From positions 1 through 37,921 of IMG/VR virus record IMGVR_UViG_3300045988_123646: a stretch of DNA of 37,921 nt; one strand, written 5' to 3'. A program made the translations under genes and the position numbers. How positions within the stretch are numbered: position 1 is the first letter of the stretch; every line of letters begins with the position of its first letter. The notes below the pieces were generated by a model. It saw nothing but the letters and a program-made list of their open reading frames with translations, was not told the origin of the DNA and ran no database searches. The stretch comes from a virus. Shown piece by piece: positions 13,873-23,202 of the stretch.

Positions 13873-13916
13873 TTCGCTGACTGTTCGCTGACCGTTCGCC
13901 GTGTGCGGTTAGCGAA
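13873..13916. repeat. Four contiguous 11-bp iterons (three direct TTCGCTGACTG / TTCGCTGACCG / TTCGCCGTGTG, one inverted CGGTTAGCGAA) upstream of terS
   Basis: Read directly, 59 nt upstream of the terS start. Candidate pac-related or regulator-binding array. Confidence 0.55.
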
Positions 13917-13974
13917 TTTTTTTTTGCTTATATAGTATTTAATTTAAACATTATAGTGCAAAAGAGGTGTGACA

Positions 13975-14511
13975 ATGTCATCGAATAAATATCCGTGGAA
14001 CGAGATAGAACAAGAATATATAAACGGTTTGGAACAGTTTGAAATCCGCAAAAAATATGGTATGGCAGAGTCAACCCTGCGTAGGCATATAGACGAGTAC
14101 GGTCTGCGTGAGAAAAGACAAAAAATGACACAAAATGTCTACAAAAAAGCTACAGAACAGATTGAAAAGCAAAAAGTCAACAAAATGACGAAACTTATTA
14201 AAGCCTCAGATAAGATGGATGATTTAATCCTTGATTTTTTGAGGAGAGAGGGCGATGAATCGAACGGCTATGATGTCATTCCACCAATGCAGACTAAAGA
14301 CCTGCAGAGCCTGTCAAGAGCGTTAAAAGATGCCGTGGAAGTCAAACAGAATCTACACGGCATTATCGGAAGACTTGAGGCTGAACGGCTCGCACTTGAG
14401 CGTGAACGGCTTGCCCTTGAGCGTGAGAGGCTCAAAGCACAGCAGGACAAGGACAACATAGAGCCGACTATGTTCGCACTTTCAGATGAGGCAGAGAGGT
14501 ACGCAGAATGA
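13975..14511 (+). CDS. terS: Terminase small subunit
   Basis: N-terminal HTH-like segment (IRKKYGMAESTLRRHIDEYGL), a coiled-coil C-terminus, and a stop overlapping the terL start (ATGA). Confidence 0.6.
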   Translation: MSSNKYPWNEIEQEYINGLEQFEIRKKYGMAESTLRRHIDEYGLREKRQKMTQNVYKKATEQIEKQKVNKMTKLIKASDKMDDLILDFLRREGDESNGYDVIPPMQTKDLQSLSRALKDAVEVKQNLHGIIGRLEAERLALERERLALERERLKAQQDKDNIEPTMFALSDEAERYAE

Positions 14512-15926
14512 CAAAGATTAATTATTTAGGTGTACCGAATGACAAGCAAAGACAATTCTTGCTTGCAAAGCAGAAGTATGTTGCGTATGGCGGTGCAAGG
14601 GGCGGAGGAAAATCCTTTGCTGTGAGAATGAAAGCCAAATTATTGTGTGCGAGGTACGCAGGGATAAAGACACTTATAGTCCGTAGGACATATCCCGAAT
14701 TGCTCAACAACCACATTAACACGCTAAGAGCAGAACTGGCAGGAATCGCCCGATACAACACACAGGACAAGATATTTACATTTCCGAACGGTTCGACAAT
14801 AAAATTTGGCTATTGTAAAAATGATGCTGACCTTCAACAATATCAAGGTGCTGAATTTGATGTGATTTTCATTGACGAGGCTTGTTTGCTCTCTGAACAC
14901 CAAATCAAGGCTATTACGGCTTGCTTGCGTGGTGTAAATGATTATCCGAAAAGAATTTATTATACTTTGAATCCAGGCGGTCAGAGTCACGGTTATTTCA
15001 AGCGGTTGTTCATTGACCGCAAATTTGGTCAGTATGAGCAACCTGATGATTACTGCTTTATTCAGTCGCTCGTAACGGATAATATGGCTCTTATGGAGAG
15101 TCAGCCTGAGTATATTCAACAGCTTGAGGCATTGCCCCCAAAACTCCGTGATGCTTGGCTCTACGGCAGATGGGATGTATTTGATGGAATGTTCTTTGAA
15201 GATTTCCGCACGGTGGTTGATGTTGTAGAGGCTCACAAACTCGGTCTTTCTCCTGAGGATGCCCTCAAATACGGCAGATACACTAATGTGATAGAGCCGT
15301 TTGATATACCGCAGGAATGGCGAGTATATAGAGCATATGACTTTGGTTACGGTAAGCCGTTTGCAATGCTTTACATAGCTGTAGACTATGACGGACGAGC
15401 GTATGTTATTGACGAATATTACGGATGCACAGCAACACCGGATGAAGGAGTTAAATGGCAACCGTATAAGCAGTTTGAAGTGCTGTCAGAGTATGAACAT
15501 ACACAGCCACAGCTTGCAGGTCGGGATATTCAAGGAGTGGCAGACCCAGCAATTTGGGACGGCTCACGAGGCGAGTCTGTCAACGATGTAGCTGAAAAAT
15601 ACGGCATTTACTTTGATAAGGGACAGAATGACCGTGTTGCTGGGTGGATGCAGATGCATTACCGTTTTGCATTTGACGAAGTCGGAAAGCCGATGCTCTA
15701 TGTGTTCAGCAACTGCAAGCACACGATAAGGACTCTGCCTTTGCTTATGTTTGATGAAACAAAAAAAGAGGACTTGGACACAAGCCAAGAAGACCACATC
15801 GCTGATGCGTTGCGATATTGGTGTATGTCAAGACCGATAGCACCTGCACGCAAGATTGAGCCAAAGATACCACAGCCGAATCCGCTGTCGGAAGATAACG
15901 AAAGGAAGAATTACTTATGGCATTAA
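14508..15926 (+). CDS. terL: Terminase large subunit
   Basis: Walker A YGGARGGGKS, Walker B-like DVIFIDEA, and a C-terminal nuclease domain with conserved acidic residues (AYDFGY, VADPA, DHIADALRY). Confidence 0.9.
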   Translation: MTKINYLGVPNDKQRQFLLAKQKYVAYGGARGGGKSFAVRMKAKLLCARYAGIKTLIVRRTYPELLNNHINTLRAELAGIARYNTQDKIFTFPNGSTIKFGYCKNDADLQQYQGAEFDVIFIDEACLLSEHQIKAITACLRGVNDYPKRIYYTLNPGGQSHGYFKRLFIDRKFGQYEQPDDYCFIQSLVTDNMALMESQPEYIQQLEALPPKLRDAWLYGRWDVFDGMFFEDFRTVVDVVEAHKLGLSPEDALKYGRYTNVIEPFDIPQEWRVYRAYDFGYGKPFAMLYIAVDYDGRAYVIDEYYGCTATPDEGVKWQPYKQFEVLSEYEHTQPQLAGRDIQGVADPAIWDGSRGESVNDVAEKYGIYFDKGQNDRVAGWMQMHYRFAFDEVGKPMLYVFSNCKHTIRTLPLLMFDETKKEDLDTSQEDHIADALRYWCMSRPIAPARKIEPKIPQPNPLSEDNERKNYLWH

Positions 15927-18031
15927 GAAGAAAAAAAAGACGAGAAGAAAAGGAGCGTAGACAGGCAGAACAGCAGACAGAACTGCAGAGAACGCAGTCT
16001 GCTCCCGATAACCGCATTTTGTGGACTCAAGACGAGCGAAATCAGCTTGAACATATGCAGAACGGCTCAGAATTGCCACAAGATGACACAACAACCGAGC
16101 AGACAACGCAGATGTCATCTGATGACAATGCACCTACACAGGGCATTGTAGGCAGTGCTACAGCAGAGGCAAAAACCGTGCTGAATCCTGTTGTAACCGA
16201 GCGTACAGTCTTACAGGCATATGACCGCTTAATGCGGTACAAGACCTACAAGACAAGTCTTGATAGACGAATCAAAGCGAACGAGGATTACTGGAAACTC
16301 CGACAATGGGATTACTATGACCGAAACGGCAACAAGAAAAAAGGTGACAACGAGGTCGCAACAGCTTGGCTGTGGAACTGTATTGCATCAAAGCACGCAG
16401 ACTTGATGGACGGTTATCCTGAATCAAACATCAGACCTAAGCGTGAAGATGATGTGGAAGAGGCGGAAAAGCTCAAGAGTATCTTACCTGTTATCTTCGA
16501 GGAAAACGATTACGAAAACACTTACTCAGAACTTGCCAACTACATACTTAAACAGGGAGTTTGCTGTGCTGGTGTCTTTTGGGACGGCACTAAGCACGAT
16601 GGACTCGGTGATATATCGGTCGAAAAGATTGATATACTCAATCTGTTTTGGGAGTCAGGTGTGACCGACATACAGGACAGCAAAGAAGTATTCCACACCT
16701 CGCTTGTGGATAACGAATCACTTGTCAAGCAGTATCCACAACTTAACGGTAAACTCAACAGCCACAAGGTTATATCAGACCAATATCGTACAGATGATGC
16801 CATTGATACAGACGGTAAGACAACCGTTGTAGATTGGTTCTATAAGCAGTCAGATAGCAACGGCAATCAGGTCTTGCATTACTGTAAGTTTGTAGAGGGT
16901 ACGGTGCTTTTTGCAACCGAAAATGATGCAGAAAACTATCCAAATGGTTGGTATGACCACGGACTCTATCCCTTTGTTGTTACTCCGTTATTCCCTGTTG
17001 AGGGCAGTATTGCAGGATACGGCTATACGGACATCGGCAGAGGTGACCAACACGCAATAGATGTACTTACACAGGCTATGCTTACCAATGCGAGAGTAAC
17101 AAGCAAGCCGAGATACTTCATCAAGACCAACGGAGCGGTCAACGAGGCTGAATTCGCTGATTGGAAAAAAGACTTTGTACACACAACAGGTAGTTTAAAC
17201 GATGACTCAATCATGCCGATTACAACCTCACCAGTACCGACATTTGTTGTGAATATGAGGGAAAACCTCATAGCTGAGATGAAAGAAACACTCGGTAACC
17301 GTGATGTGAACAATGGTGGTAGCACTTCGGGAGTTACCGCCGCATCGGCTATTGCGACAATGCAGGAACAGAGCGGTAAGATGAGCCGTACTCATAACAA
17401 GATTATGTACACGATGCACCGCAAGATTACGAATATGGTCATTGAATTAATCCGTCAATTTTACGATGTACTCAGAGAGTACCGCATTACAGGCAAATAC
17501 GGACAAGAAAAATTTGTACAGTACAACAACGCAGGACTCAAGCCACAGAAACAACCGAGCATTCTCGGCAGAGATATGGGACTCAGACTGCCTTGCTTTG
17601 ATATAGAAGTAACCGCACAGAAAGCCTCGCCTTACACAAAGATGGAGCAGAACGAACTTGCGATACAGTTGTACAACCTCGGTGTGTTCTCTCCTCAGAA
17701 TGTTGATATGTCGCTTATGCTGTTACAGACAATGGATTTTGCACACAAGGATGAAATCATACAGATGATAATGCAAAACGGCACGATGTTTGATAAGTAT
17801 CAGCAGTTACAGAAGATTGCGTTCAACCTTGCACAGCAGGTAGATATGCAGAATGGCACGCAGATGGCTGAACAGCTTGCACAGGCGATTCTCGTTGAAA
17901 ATGGAAACAATTCCGAAGAGCCGAGCGGTAATCTCTCTGTTGATGGCATTACAACAGACGATACATCCGAAAGGTCATTCATGACGAATGCAAGGGAAAA
18001 AGCACAGGCATCAACTCAGGTTAATCAGTAG
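15917..18031 (+). CDS. Portal protein
   Basis: 704-aa ORF immediately after, and overlapping, terL. Size and position are typical. The N-terminus is basic and Q-rich. Confidence 0.7.
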   Translation: MALRRKKRREEKERRQAEQQTELQRTQSAPDNRILWTQDERNQLEHMQNGSELPQDDTTTEQTTQMSSDDNAPTQGIVGSATAEAKTVLNPVVTERTVLQAYDRLMRYKTYKTSLDRRIKANEDYWKLRQWDYYDRNGNKKKGDNEVATAWLWNCIASKHADLMDGYPESNIRPKREDDVEEAEKLKSILPVIFEENDYENTYSELANYILKQGVCCAGVFWDGTKHDGLGDISVEKIDILNLFWESGVTDIQDSKEVFHTSLVDNESLVKQYPQLNGKLNSHKVISDQYRTDDAIDTDGKTTVVDWFYKQSDSNGNQVLHYCKFVEGTVLFATENDAENYPNGWYDHGLYPFVVTPLFPVEGSIAGYGYTDIGRGDQHAIDVLTQAMLTNARVTSKPRYFIKTNGAVNEAEFADWKKDFVHTTGSLNDDSIMPITTSPVPTFVVNMRENLIAEMKETLGNRDVNNGGSTSGVTAASAIATMQEQSGKMSRTHNKIMYTMHRKITNMVIELIRQFYDVLREYRITGKYGQEKFVQYNNAGLKPQKQPSILGRDMGLRLPCFDIEVTAQKASPYTKMEQNELAIQLYNLGVFSPQNVDMSLMLLQTMDFAHKDEIIQMIMQNGTMFDKYQQLQKIAFNLAQQVDMQNGTQMAEQLAQAILVENGNNSEEPSGNLSVDGITTDDTSERSFMTNAREKAQASTQVNQ

Positions 18032-18046
18032 TAAGGAGAATACTAT

Positions 18047-18376
18047 ATGCTTAAAGTTAAAGTCGACACAAAGAATTACACCGTAACAATGAGAGGTCAC
18101 GCAGACTTTGCCGAGAACGGCAAGGACATTGTGTGTGCAGGGGCATCAACGCTCTTGTACACACTTGCAAACACGCTTGAAGAATTCCGCACAGCTATGA
18201 CAGAATCGCCGTCATTTACCATCAATGGCGAGGGCGAGAAACAGCGTGTTACATACAGATGCAAGCCTAATGAGGAATACGAGCCTAATGTGCAGTTAGT
18301 TTTTATGACCGTTACAACAGGCTTTAATCTGCTTGCCGAGAACTATCCCAATAACATCAAGCTGACCGTTATCTGA
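18047..18376 (+). CDS. prp: Prp-like cysteine protease (ribosomal-processing protease / DUF464 family), prohead maturation
   Basis: 109 aa with the diagnostic GHA...GKDIVCAGAS motif (His...Cys dyad). Located between the portal and scaffold genes. Confidence 0.75.
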   Translation: MLKVKVDTKNYTVTMRGHADFAENGKDIVCAGASTLLYTLANTLEEFRTAMTESPSFTINGEGEKQRVTYRCKPNEEYEPNVQLVFMTVTTGFNLLAENYPNNIKLTVI

Positions 18377-18414
18377 TTTCCTCCCAATTCTCTCCCAAGG
18401 CTTCTAAGGTTTCT

Positions 18415-18440
18415 AAGCACCCGATTATGGGTGCTTTTTT
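18415..18440 (+). terminator. Rho-independent terminator after the prp-like gene
   Basis: AAGCACCC-GATTAT-GGGTGCTT followed by TTTT. Confidence 0.65.
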
Positions 18441-18626
18441 ATACCCAAAATAACATTTTGCTGATGACCGCAAAATGTTCAATTCGTAAAAAACACCCAT
18501 TTTTACGAATTGCAAAATTTTTTATCGTTTTGAAATTGATGGTTTGAGGTATTTTATTCTGCAATGATAAATTGAGAACATAGGCTCGTGACCTTAACCA
18601 CAGACTTTTTATGGAAGGAGATAGCA

Positions 18627-19625
18627 ATGGATAAGACTATCTCAACAGCCGTTGTTACTGAACTTATGTTCCGTTGTTTCAACATTCAGCTTTTTGCTGA
18701 CGGTGGCGGTGGTGCATCTGCAGGTGCATCCGCAGGAGCAGGAACAGGTGAAGGTTCAACAGGCTTAGCAGGAGAAACAACAAGCACATCGTTCCCTGCC
18801 GATGGTAAAGGCTCTGCACCGAAGATTGTTTACGGTAAGCAGAGTACAAGCAACACCGAAGTCGGTGCTGTTCCCGAAGAAAAGCCGAAAATGACTTTTG
18901 CTGAACTCGTCAAGTCTGACGAGTGGAAAGACGATGCCCAGAAGTATATGGACAAAGCTTTCTCGAAGAGATTCAAGGAGCAGGAGTCGCTCAAGGCTGA
19001 GAACGCAAGAATGCGTGACATCCTCAACATAGCTAATGTCAGATACGGACTTGATTCCGCATCAGACAGTTTCCTTGATGACCTCAGCAACAGCATCCAG
19101 AATGACACGAAGCTGTATGAAGATGAGGCTCTTGAGGCAGGATTACCTGTTGAGGAATATGTCAAAGTCAAGAAAGCAGAGAGAATTCTTGAGAACAACA
19201 AGCGTGAACAGGCAGACAGAGAAAGACAGATATTTATCGACAATCATTGCAGAAACCTTGTGAGTCAGTCGGATGCAATGAAAGAGCAGTTTCCTTCTTT
19301 CGACCTTGAAACAGAAATGAGTAATCCTCAGTTTCGCAAGCTCGTTGACCCGCAGGAGTTAGGCGGTATCGGTCTGTCGGTAGACAACGCTTACCGTGTG
19401 ATTCATTACAAGGATATTCTCAATGCTACAGTAAACAATGCGGTCAATCAGACAGCTATCAATACTGCAAATGCGGTTAAAGCTAACAAAGAAAGGCCGA
19501 GGGAAAACGGTATGAATCACCGTGCATCCGTCATTGTGAAGGATGACCCGTCACAGTTTACTCTTGATGACTTTAAGCGTATCAAGGAACAGTTTTTAAG
19601 AACAGGTGTTGCTCCCAAATTCTAA
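18627..19625 (+). CDS. Scaffolding protein with a cleavable N-terminal leader
   Basis: GGAGAT RBS at the ATG at 18627. The leader ends in NIQLFAD and is followed by a Gly/Ala-rich linker and a long charged helical region. The gene lies immediately upstream of the capsid gene. Confidence 0.7.
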   Translation: MDKTISTAVVTELMFRCFNIQLFADGGGGASAGASAGAGTGEGSTGLAGETTSTSFPADGKGSAPKIVYGKQSTSNTEVGAVPEEKPKMTFAELVKSDEWKDDAQKYMDKAFSKRFKEQESLKAENARMRDILNIANVRYGLDSASDSFLDDLSNSIQNDTKLYEDEALEAGLPVEEYVKVKKAERILENNKREQADRERQIFIDNHCRNLVSQSDAMKEQFPSFDLETEMSNPQFRKLVDPQELGGIGLSVDNAYRVIHYKDILNATVNNAVNQTAINTANAVKANKERPRENGMNHRASVIVKDDPSQFTLDDFKRIKEQFLRTGVAPKF

Positions 19626-19643
19626 TTTTAAAGGAGCATTATT

Positions 19644-20642
19644 ATGTCTAATATTATGTACAATCTTATTCTCCAGCTTTTCGCTGACGAAACAACATTG
19701 AACGCAAACAAAACATTCGCAAGTGGAATGTCCACGACAATGAAGACATTCTACGACACTTCACTTCTCGAAAACGCAAGAGCAGAACTCATCTTCAATC
19801 AGTTCGGTGACAAGCAGAAGATTCACGGCAATAAGTGTGAATGGCGTAAATTCAACACATTCCCGAAGGCTCTTATACCGATTACCGAAGGTGTTACACC
19901 GACAGGACAGGCTTTCGGTATGACGAAGATTGAAGGTACAACATCACAGCACGGCGATTACACCACAATCACAGACAGACTCGAATATGAGGCATATGAC
20001 CCGATTATCCAGGGCTGTACTGAGGAGATGGGTGCATCGGCAGGTGCGACTATGGACACACTCACAAGAAATGTCCTCATTGCAGGTAACTCTGTTATGT
20101 ACTGCCCGAATAAGGACGGTACAGTAATCTCAACAAGAGATACACTCACAGCAGATTGTGTTCTCACTCCTGCGGTCGTTAAAAAGGCTGTTACTTGGCT
20201 CAAGAAGAACAAAGCACCGAAGATTAACGGTAGCTATGTATGTCTTATCCATCCCTCGGTCGCTCATGACCTTACAGAGTCTGACGAGTGGAAAGAGTAC
20301 CACAAGTACAATGACACAGCTCCTATCTTCAAGGGCGAAATTGGCGAACTTCACGGTTGCCGTTTCGTTGAATCAACGGAATGTAAGATTCATGCACACA
20401 ACAAACTCAACATCGCTACATATGACACGCTCTTCCTCGGTGCAAAGGCTTTCGGTATCATTGAGCCTGAGAACGAGTCAATGCATATGATTATCAAGGA
20501 TAAGTCGGAAATCGGCGGTCCTCTCGAACTTTACAGCACAGTCGGCTACAAATTTAGCCACGGCGCTAAAATTCTTTATGAGGAGAGAATCCTCCGTGTC
20601 GAGTCAGGTTCTTCTTACTCATCTGTTGACGAGGAAAATTGA
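19644..20642 (+). CDS. Major capsid protein with a cleavable N-terminal leader
   Basis: 332 aa in the right position, followed by a strong terminator. The N-terminus MSNIMYNLILQLFADE carries the same LQLFAD motif as the scaffold. Confidence 0.8.
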   Translation: MSNIMYNLILQLFADETTLNANKTFASGMSTTMKTFYDTSLLENARAELIFNQFGDKQKIHGNKCEWRKFNTFPKALIPITEGVTPTGQAFGMTKIEGTTSQHGDYTTITDRLEYEAYDPIIQGCTEEMGASAGATMDTLTRNVLIAGNSVMYCPNKDGTVISTRDTLTADCVLTPAVVKKAVTWLKKNKAPKINGSYVCLIHPSVAHDLTESDEWKEYHKYNDTAPIFKGEIGELHGCRFVESTECKIHAHNKLNIATYDTLFLGAKAFGIIEPENESMHMIIKDKSEIGGPLELYSTVGYKFSHGAKILYEERILRVESGSSYSSVDEEN

Positions 20643-20659
20643 TAAGGAGATTATCTTAT

Positions 20660-20923
20660 ATGGCTACAAATTCAAATAAGAATGCAGGTCTTACAGGCAA
20701 GAAAGTTACTGTTATTCTTCCTCGTGACCCTCAGATTGAGGGTGACGGAGCAGAACAGGAATTCTTCTCGGTCAACGGTCACAATATTCTTGTGCAGACC
20801 GATGTACCTGTCGAAGTAGATGAAATCTTTGCTGAGGTTATCAATAACAAAGCAAAGGCTCGCACACAGGCGAGGGAATTCATCAAGAAAATGGCATTCA
20901 AAGACAGCAAGCCGATGGCTTGA
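20660..20923 (+). CDS. Hypothetical 87-aa head-associated protein
   Basis: AAGGAGA RBS. Lies between the capsid gene and the terminator. Confidence 0.5.
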   Translation: MATNSNKNAGLTGKKVTVILPRDPQIEGDGAEQEFFSVNGHNILVQTDVPVEVDEIFAEVINNKAKARTQAREFIKKMAFKDSKPMA

Positions 20924-20933
20924 TTATGAGATT

Positions 20934-20965
20934 AAGAGGCGGTTTTTCCGCCTCTTTTTTGTTTT
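20934..20965 (+). terminator. Strong rho-independent terminator after the capsid genes
   Basis: AAGAGGCGG-TTTTT-CCGCCTCTT followed by TTTTGTTTTT. Confidence 0.8.
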
Positions 20966-20980
20966 TAAGGAGATGAAAAT

Positions 20981-21364
20981 ATGGACTACATTACAATAGC
21001 TGATGCAATTGATATGATTGATGCAACAGTACCAAACAACCGCACGGAAGACGAAAAGATTGCTTGGCTTGACTCTCTCGACAGAATGGTTAAGAACGAA
21101 GTCTTTGATACGCACGAAGGTTATGAAGATACAGACTTCATCGGATATGACGAGAACACATCACGCAATCAGCCGTTACTAATTCCGAAACCGTATGCAG
21201 TAGAGATTTACAAAGCATTTCTTGAACTTCAAATACACCTCGTCAACAAGGAGTATGACAGATACAACGCATCATCTGCACAGTACAGCAACCATTATGA
21301 CTCTTTTGTCAATTGGTGGCATTGCAACCATATGCCCAAAGAGATTGCTCATATAACATTTTAG
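20981..21364 (+). CDS. Putative head-tail adaptor/connector protein
   Basis: 127 aa, first gene after the capsid terminator. The N-terminus MDYITIADAIDMID resembles gp6-like connector proteins. Confidence 0.4.
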   Translation: MDYITIADAIDMIDATVPNNRTEDEKIAWLDSLDRMVKNEVFDTHEGYEDTDFIGYDENTSRNQPLLIPKPYAVEIYKAFLELQIHLVNKEYDRYNASSAQYSNHYDSFVNWWHCNHMPKEIAHITF

Positions 21365-21375
21365 GTGGTGATACT

Positions 21376-23202
21376 ATGGCTTTTAATTTTCCACAGCTTG
21401 ATTCATCCTCTGCACAGCGAGAGTATCAGGAACAGTTTGCAGGATATAACCACAACATCCGCATCGGTGACACGGAGTTTTATGATATGCAGAATATGAC
21501 AGGCAATTACTATCCTGTGTTGTCACCGAGAGATAAGAGAGGTATTGTACAACAGTTTACCAAACCAAAATGCATGGCAAGCCGTGATAACCTCTGCTAC
21601 ATTGACGGTATGTATTTATACATTGACGGCGAAAAGGTTGACCATATTATTTTGACAGACACAGAAAAAACAATGGTATCAATGGGTGCATACCTTGTTA
21701 TTTTCCCTGACAAGGTCTTTGTTAATACGGAAGATATATCTGACTGGGGATATCTTGATAACACTATTGAAATAGCAACAGAGGTCAACAATGTTGTATA
21801 TACGATGTGTACGCAAGATGGCACTAAATATCAGTACCAAAACCCAAAAGGTGAAAACTATGTCTATGTAGGTGATGAGTCACCTAATGTCGGTGAGAAG
21901 GAAACAGTCGCAAACGGTTACAAATGGCTTGATACAAGCGGTGACACGCACTACTTGAAGGTATGGAATTCAAACACACGGATGTGGTCATCTCTCTCAA
22001 CAACCTATGTGCGTATTGAGTCAACAGGCATTGGTAAAGGTTTCAAGGAAGGTGATGCCGTAACAATCAGCGGTTGTGACTCCTCATCCTCTTCGGGTAG
22101 TGACAAAATCAAAGAACAGATTGATACTCTTAACACTTCAATGCTTATCAAGTCTATTGATGAGAAGGAAAACTGGATTGTAGTTACTGCAATACTTGAT
22201 AATGTTGTCACTCAGTCTGCTGGTACGGTCAAGCTTGAGCGTGTTGCTCCGATTATGGATTTCGTTATCGAATCAAACAACCGTCTGTGGGGATGCCATT
22301 ACGGTCTTAACAACGAGGGCAAAATCGTCAATGAAATCTATGCTTGCAAGCAGGGTGATTTCAAGAACTGGTTTGTATATGCAGGTATATCAACGGACTC
22401 TTATGCTGTTTCCGTTGGCTCTGACGGTGTGTGGACAGGTGCAATTGCTTACGGTAGTTATTTACTATTCTTCAAAGAAAATTGCATACACAAGGTTTAC
22501 GGCTCAATGCCGAGCAATTATCAGGTAATTGAGCAAAAAGTAAGAGGTGTTCAGAAGGGTTCATCTAAGAGTCTTTGCATACTCAATGAAACTCTGTTCT
22601 ATAAATCTGCAACAGATGTCTGTTACTATGACGGTTCATTGCCAACAAGCATATCAAATCCTCTCGGTGCGGTTAGCTATAGTAACGCTGTCAGCGGTAG
22701 TATTGGGAATAGATATTATATCTGTATGCAGGACACAAGCGGTGTATGGACTCTCTTCGTTTATGATATCACTACTGGAATGTGGCACAAGGAAGATAAC
22801 ATTCACATCAAAGAGTTTTGCAAGGTTAAAACAGACCTTTACTTTGTTGATGCCGACAGTTATCAGCTTATGACCACAACAGGCAGAGGTACGACAGAAG
22901 ATGACTTTGAATGGTATGCAGAAACAGGCTCTATAGGCTATTCCTACTCCGATAACAAGTATGTAGGAAGAATGTTACTCAGAGTGCAAAAACCGATTAC
23001 AAGCCAAATTAGAGTGCGTATTCGCTATGATGACTCAGAGCATTGGGAAACAGTTTCATCGATTGGCGGTCACGGCACGAAATCTTATAGCATACCTGTC
23101 CTGCCTCGCAGATGTGACCATTTTGCAATTCGTATCGAGGGAAGAGGTACTTGCAAAATTTATTCGATTTCAAAGGTATTGGAGATTGGAAGTGATGTAT
23201 AG
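21376..23202 (+). CDS. Tail structural protein with beta-propeller-like repeats (nozzle / tail tubular candidate)
   Basis: 608 aa with recurring blade-like segments (LWGCHYG, YLLFFKENCIHKVYG, LFYKSATDVCYYDG, RYYICMQD...WTLFVYD, LYFVDADSY). Confidence 0.5.
   Translation: MAFNFPQLDSSSAQREYQEQFAGYNHNIRIGDTEFYDMQNMTGNYYPVLSPRDKRGIVQQFTKPKCMASRDNLCYIDGMYLYIDGEKVDHIILTDTEKTMVSMGAYLVIFPDKVFVNTEDISDWGYLDNTIEIATEVNNVVYTMCTQDGTKYQYQNPKGENYVYVGDESPNVGEKETVANGYKWLDTSGDTHYLKVWNSNTRMWSSLSTTYVRIESTGIGKGFKEGDAVTISGCDSSSSSGSDKIKEQIDTLNTSMLIKSIDEKENWIVVTAILDNVVTQSAGTVKLERVAPIMDFVIESNNRLWGCHYGLNNEGKIVNEIYACKQGDFKNWFVYAGISTDSYAVSVGSDGVWTGAIAYGSYLLFFKENCIHKVYGSMPSNYQVIEQKVRGVQKGSSKSLCILNETLFYKSATDVCYYDGSLPTSISNPLGAVSYSNAVSGSIGNRYYICMQDTSGVWTLFVYDITTGMWHKEDNIHIKEFCKVKTDLYFVDADSYQLMTTTGRGTTEDDFEWYAETGSIGYSYSDNKYVGRMLLRVQKPITSQIRVRIRYDDSEHWETVSSIGGHGTKSYSIPVLPRRCDHFAIRIEGRGTCKIYSISKVLEIGSDV

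Noticed and set aside
13928-14131. 67-aa minus-strand ORF
   Set aside because: It is antisense to the terS start region and has no RBS.
14724-15461. 245-aa ORF on the minus strand
   Set aside because: It lies entirely antisense to the well-supported terL gene. It has no RBS and an odd, Ile/Ser/Cys-rich composition. It is a shadow ORF.
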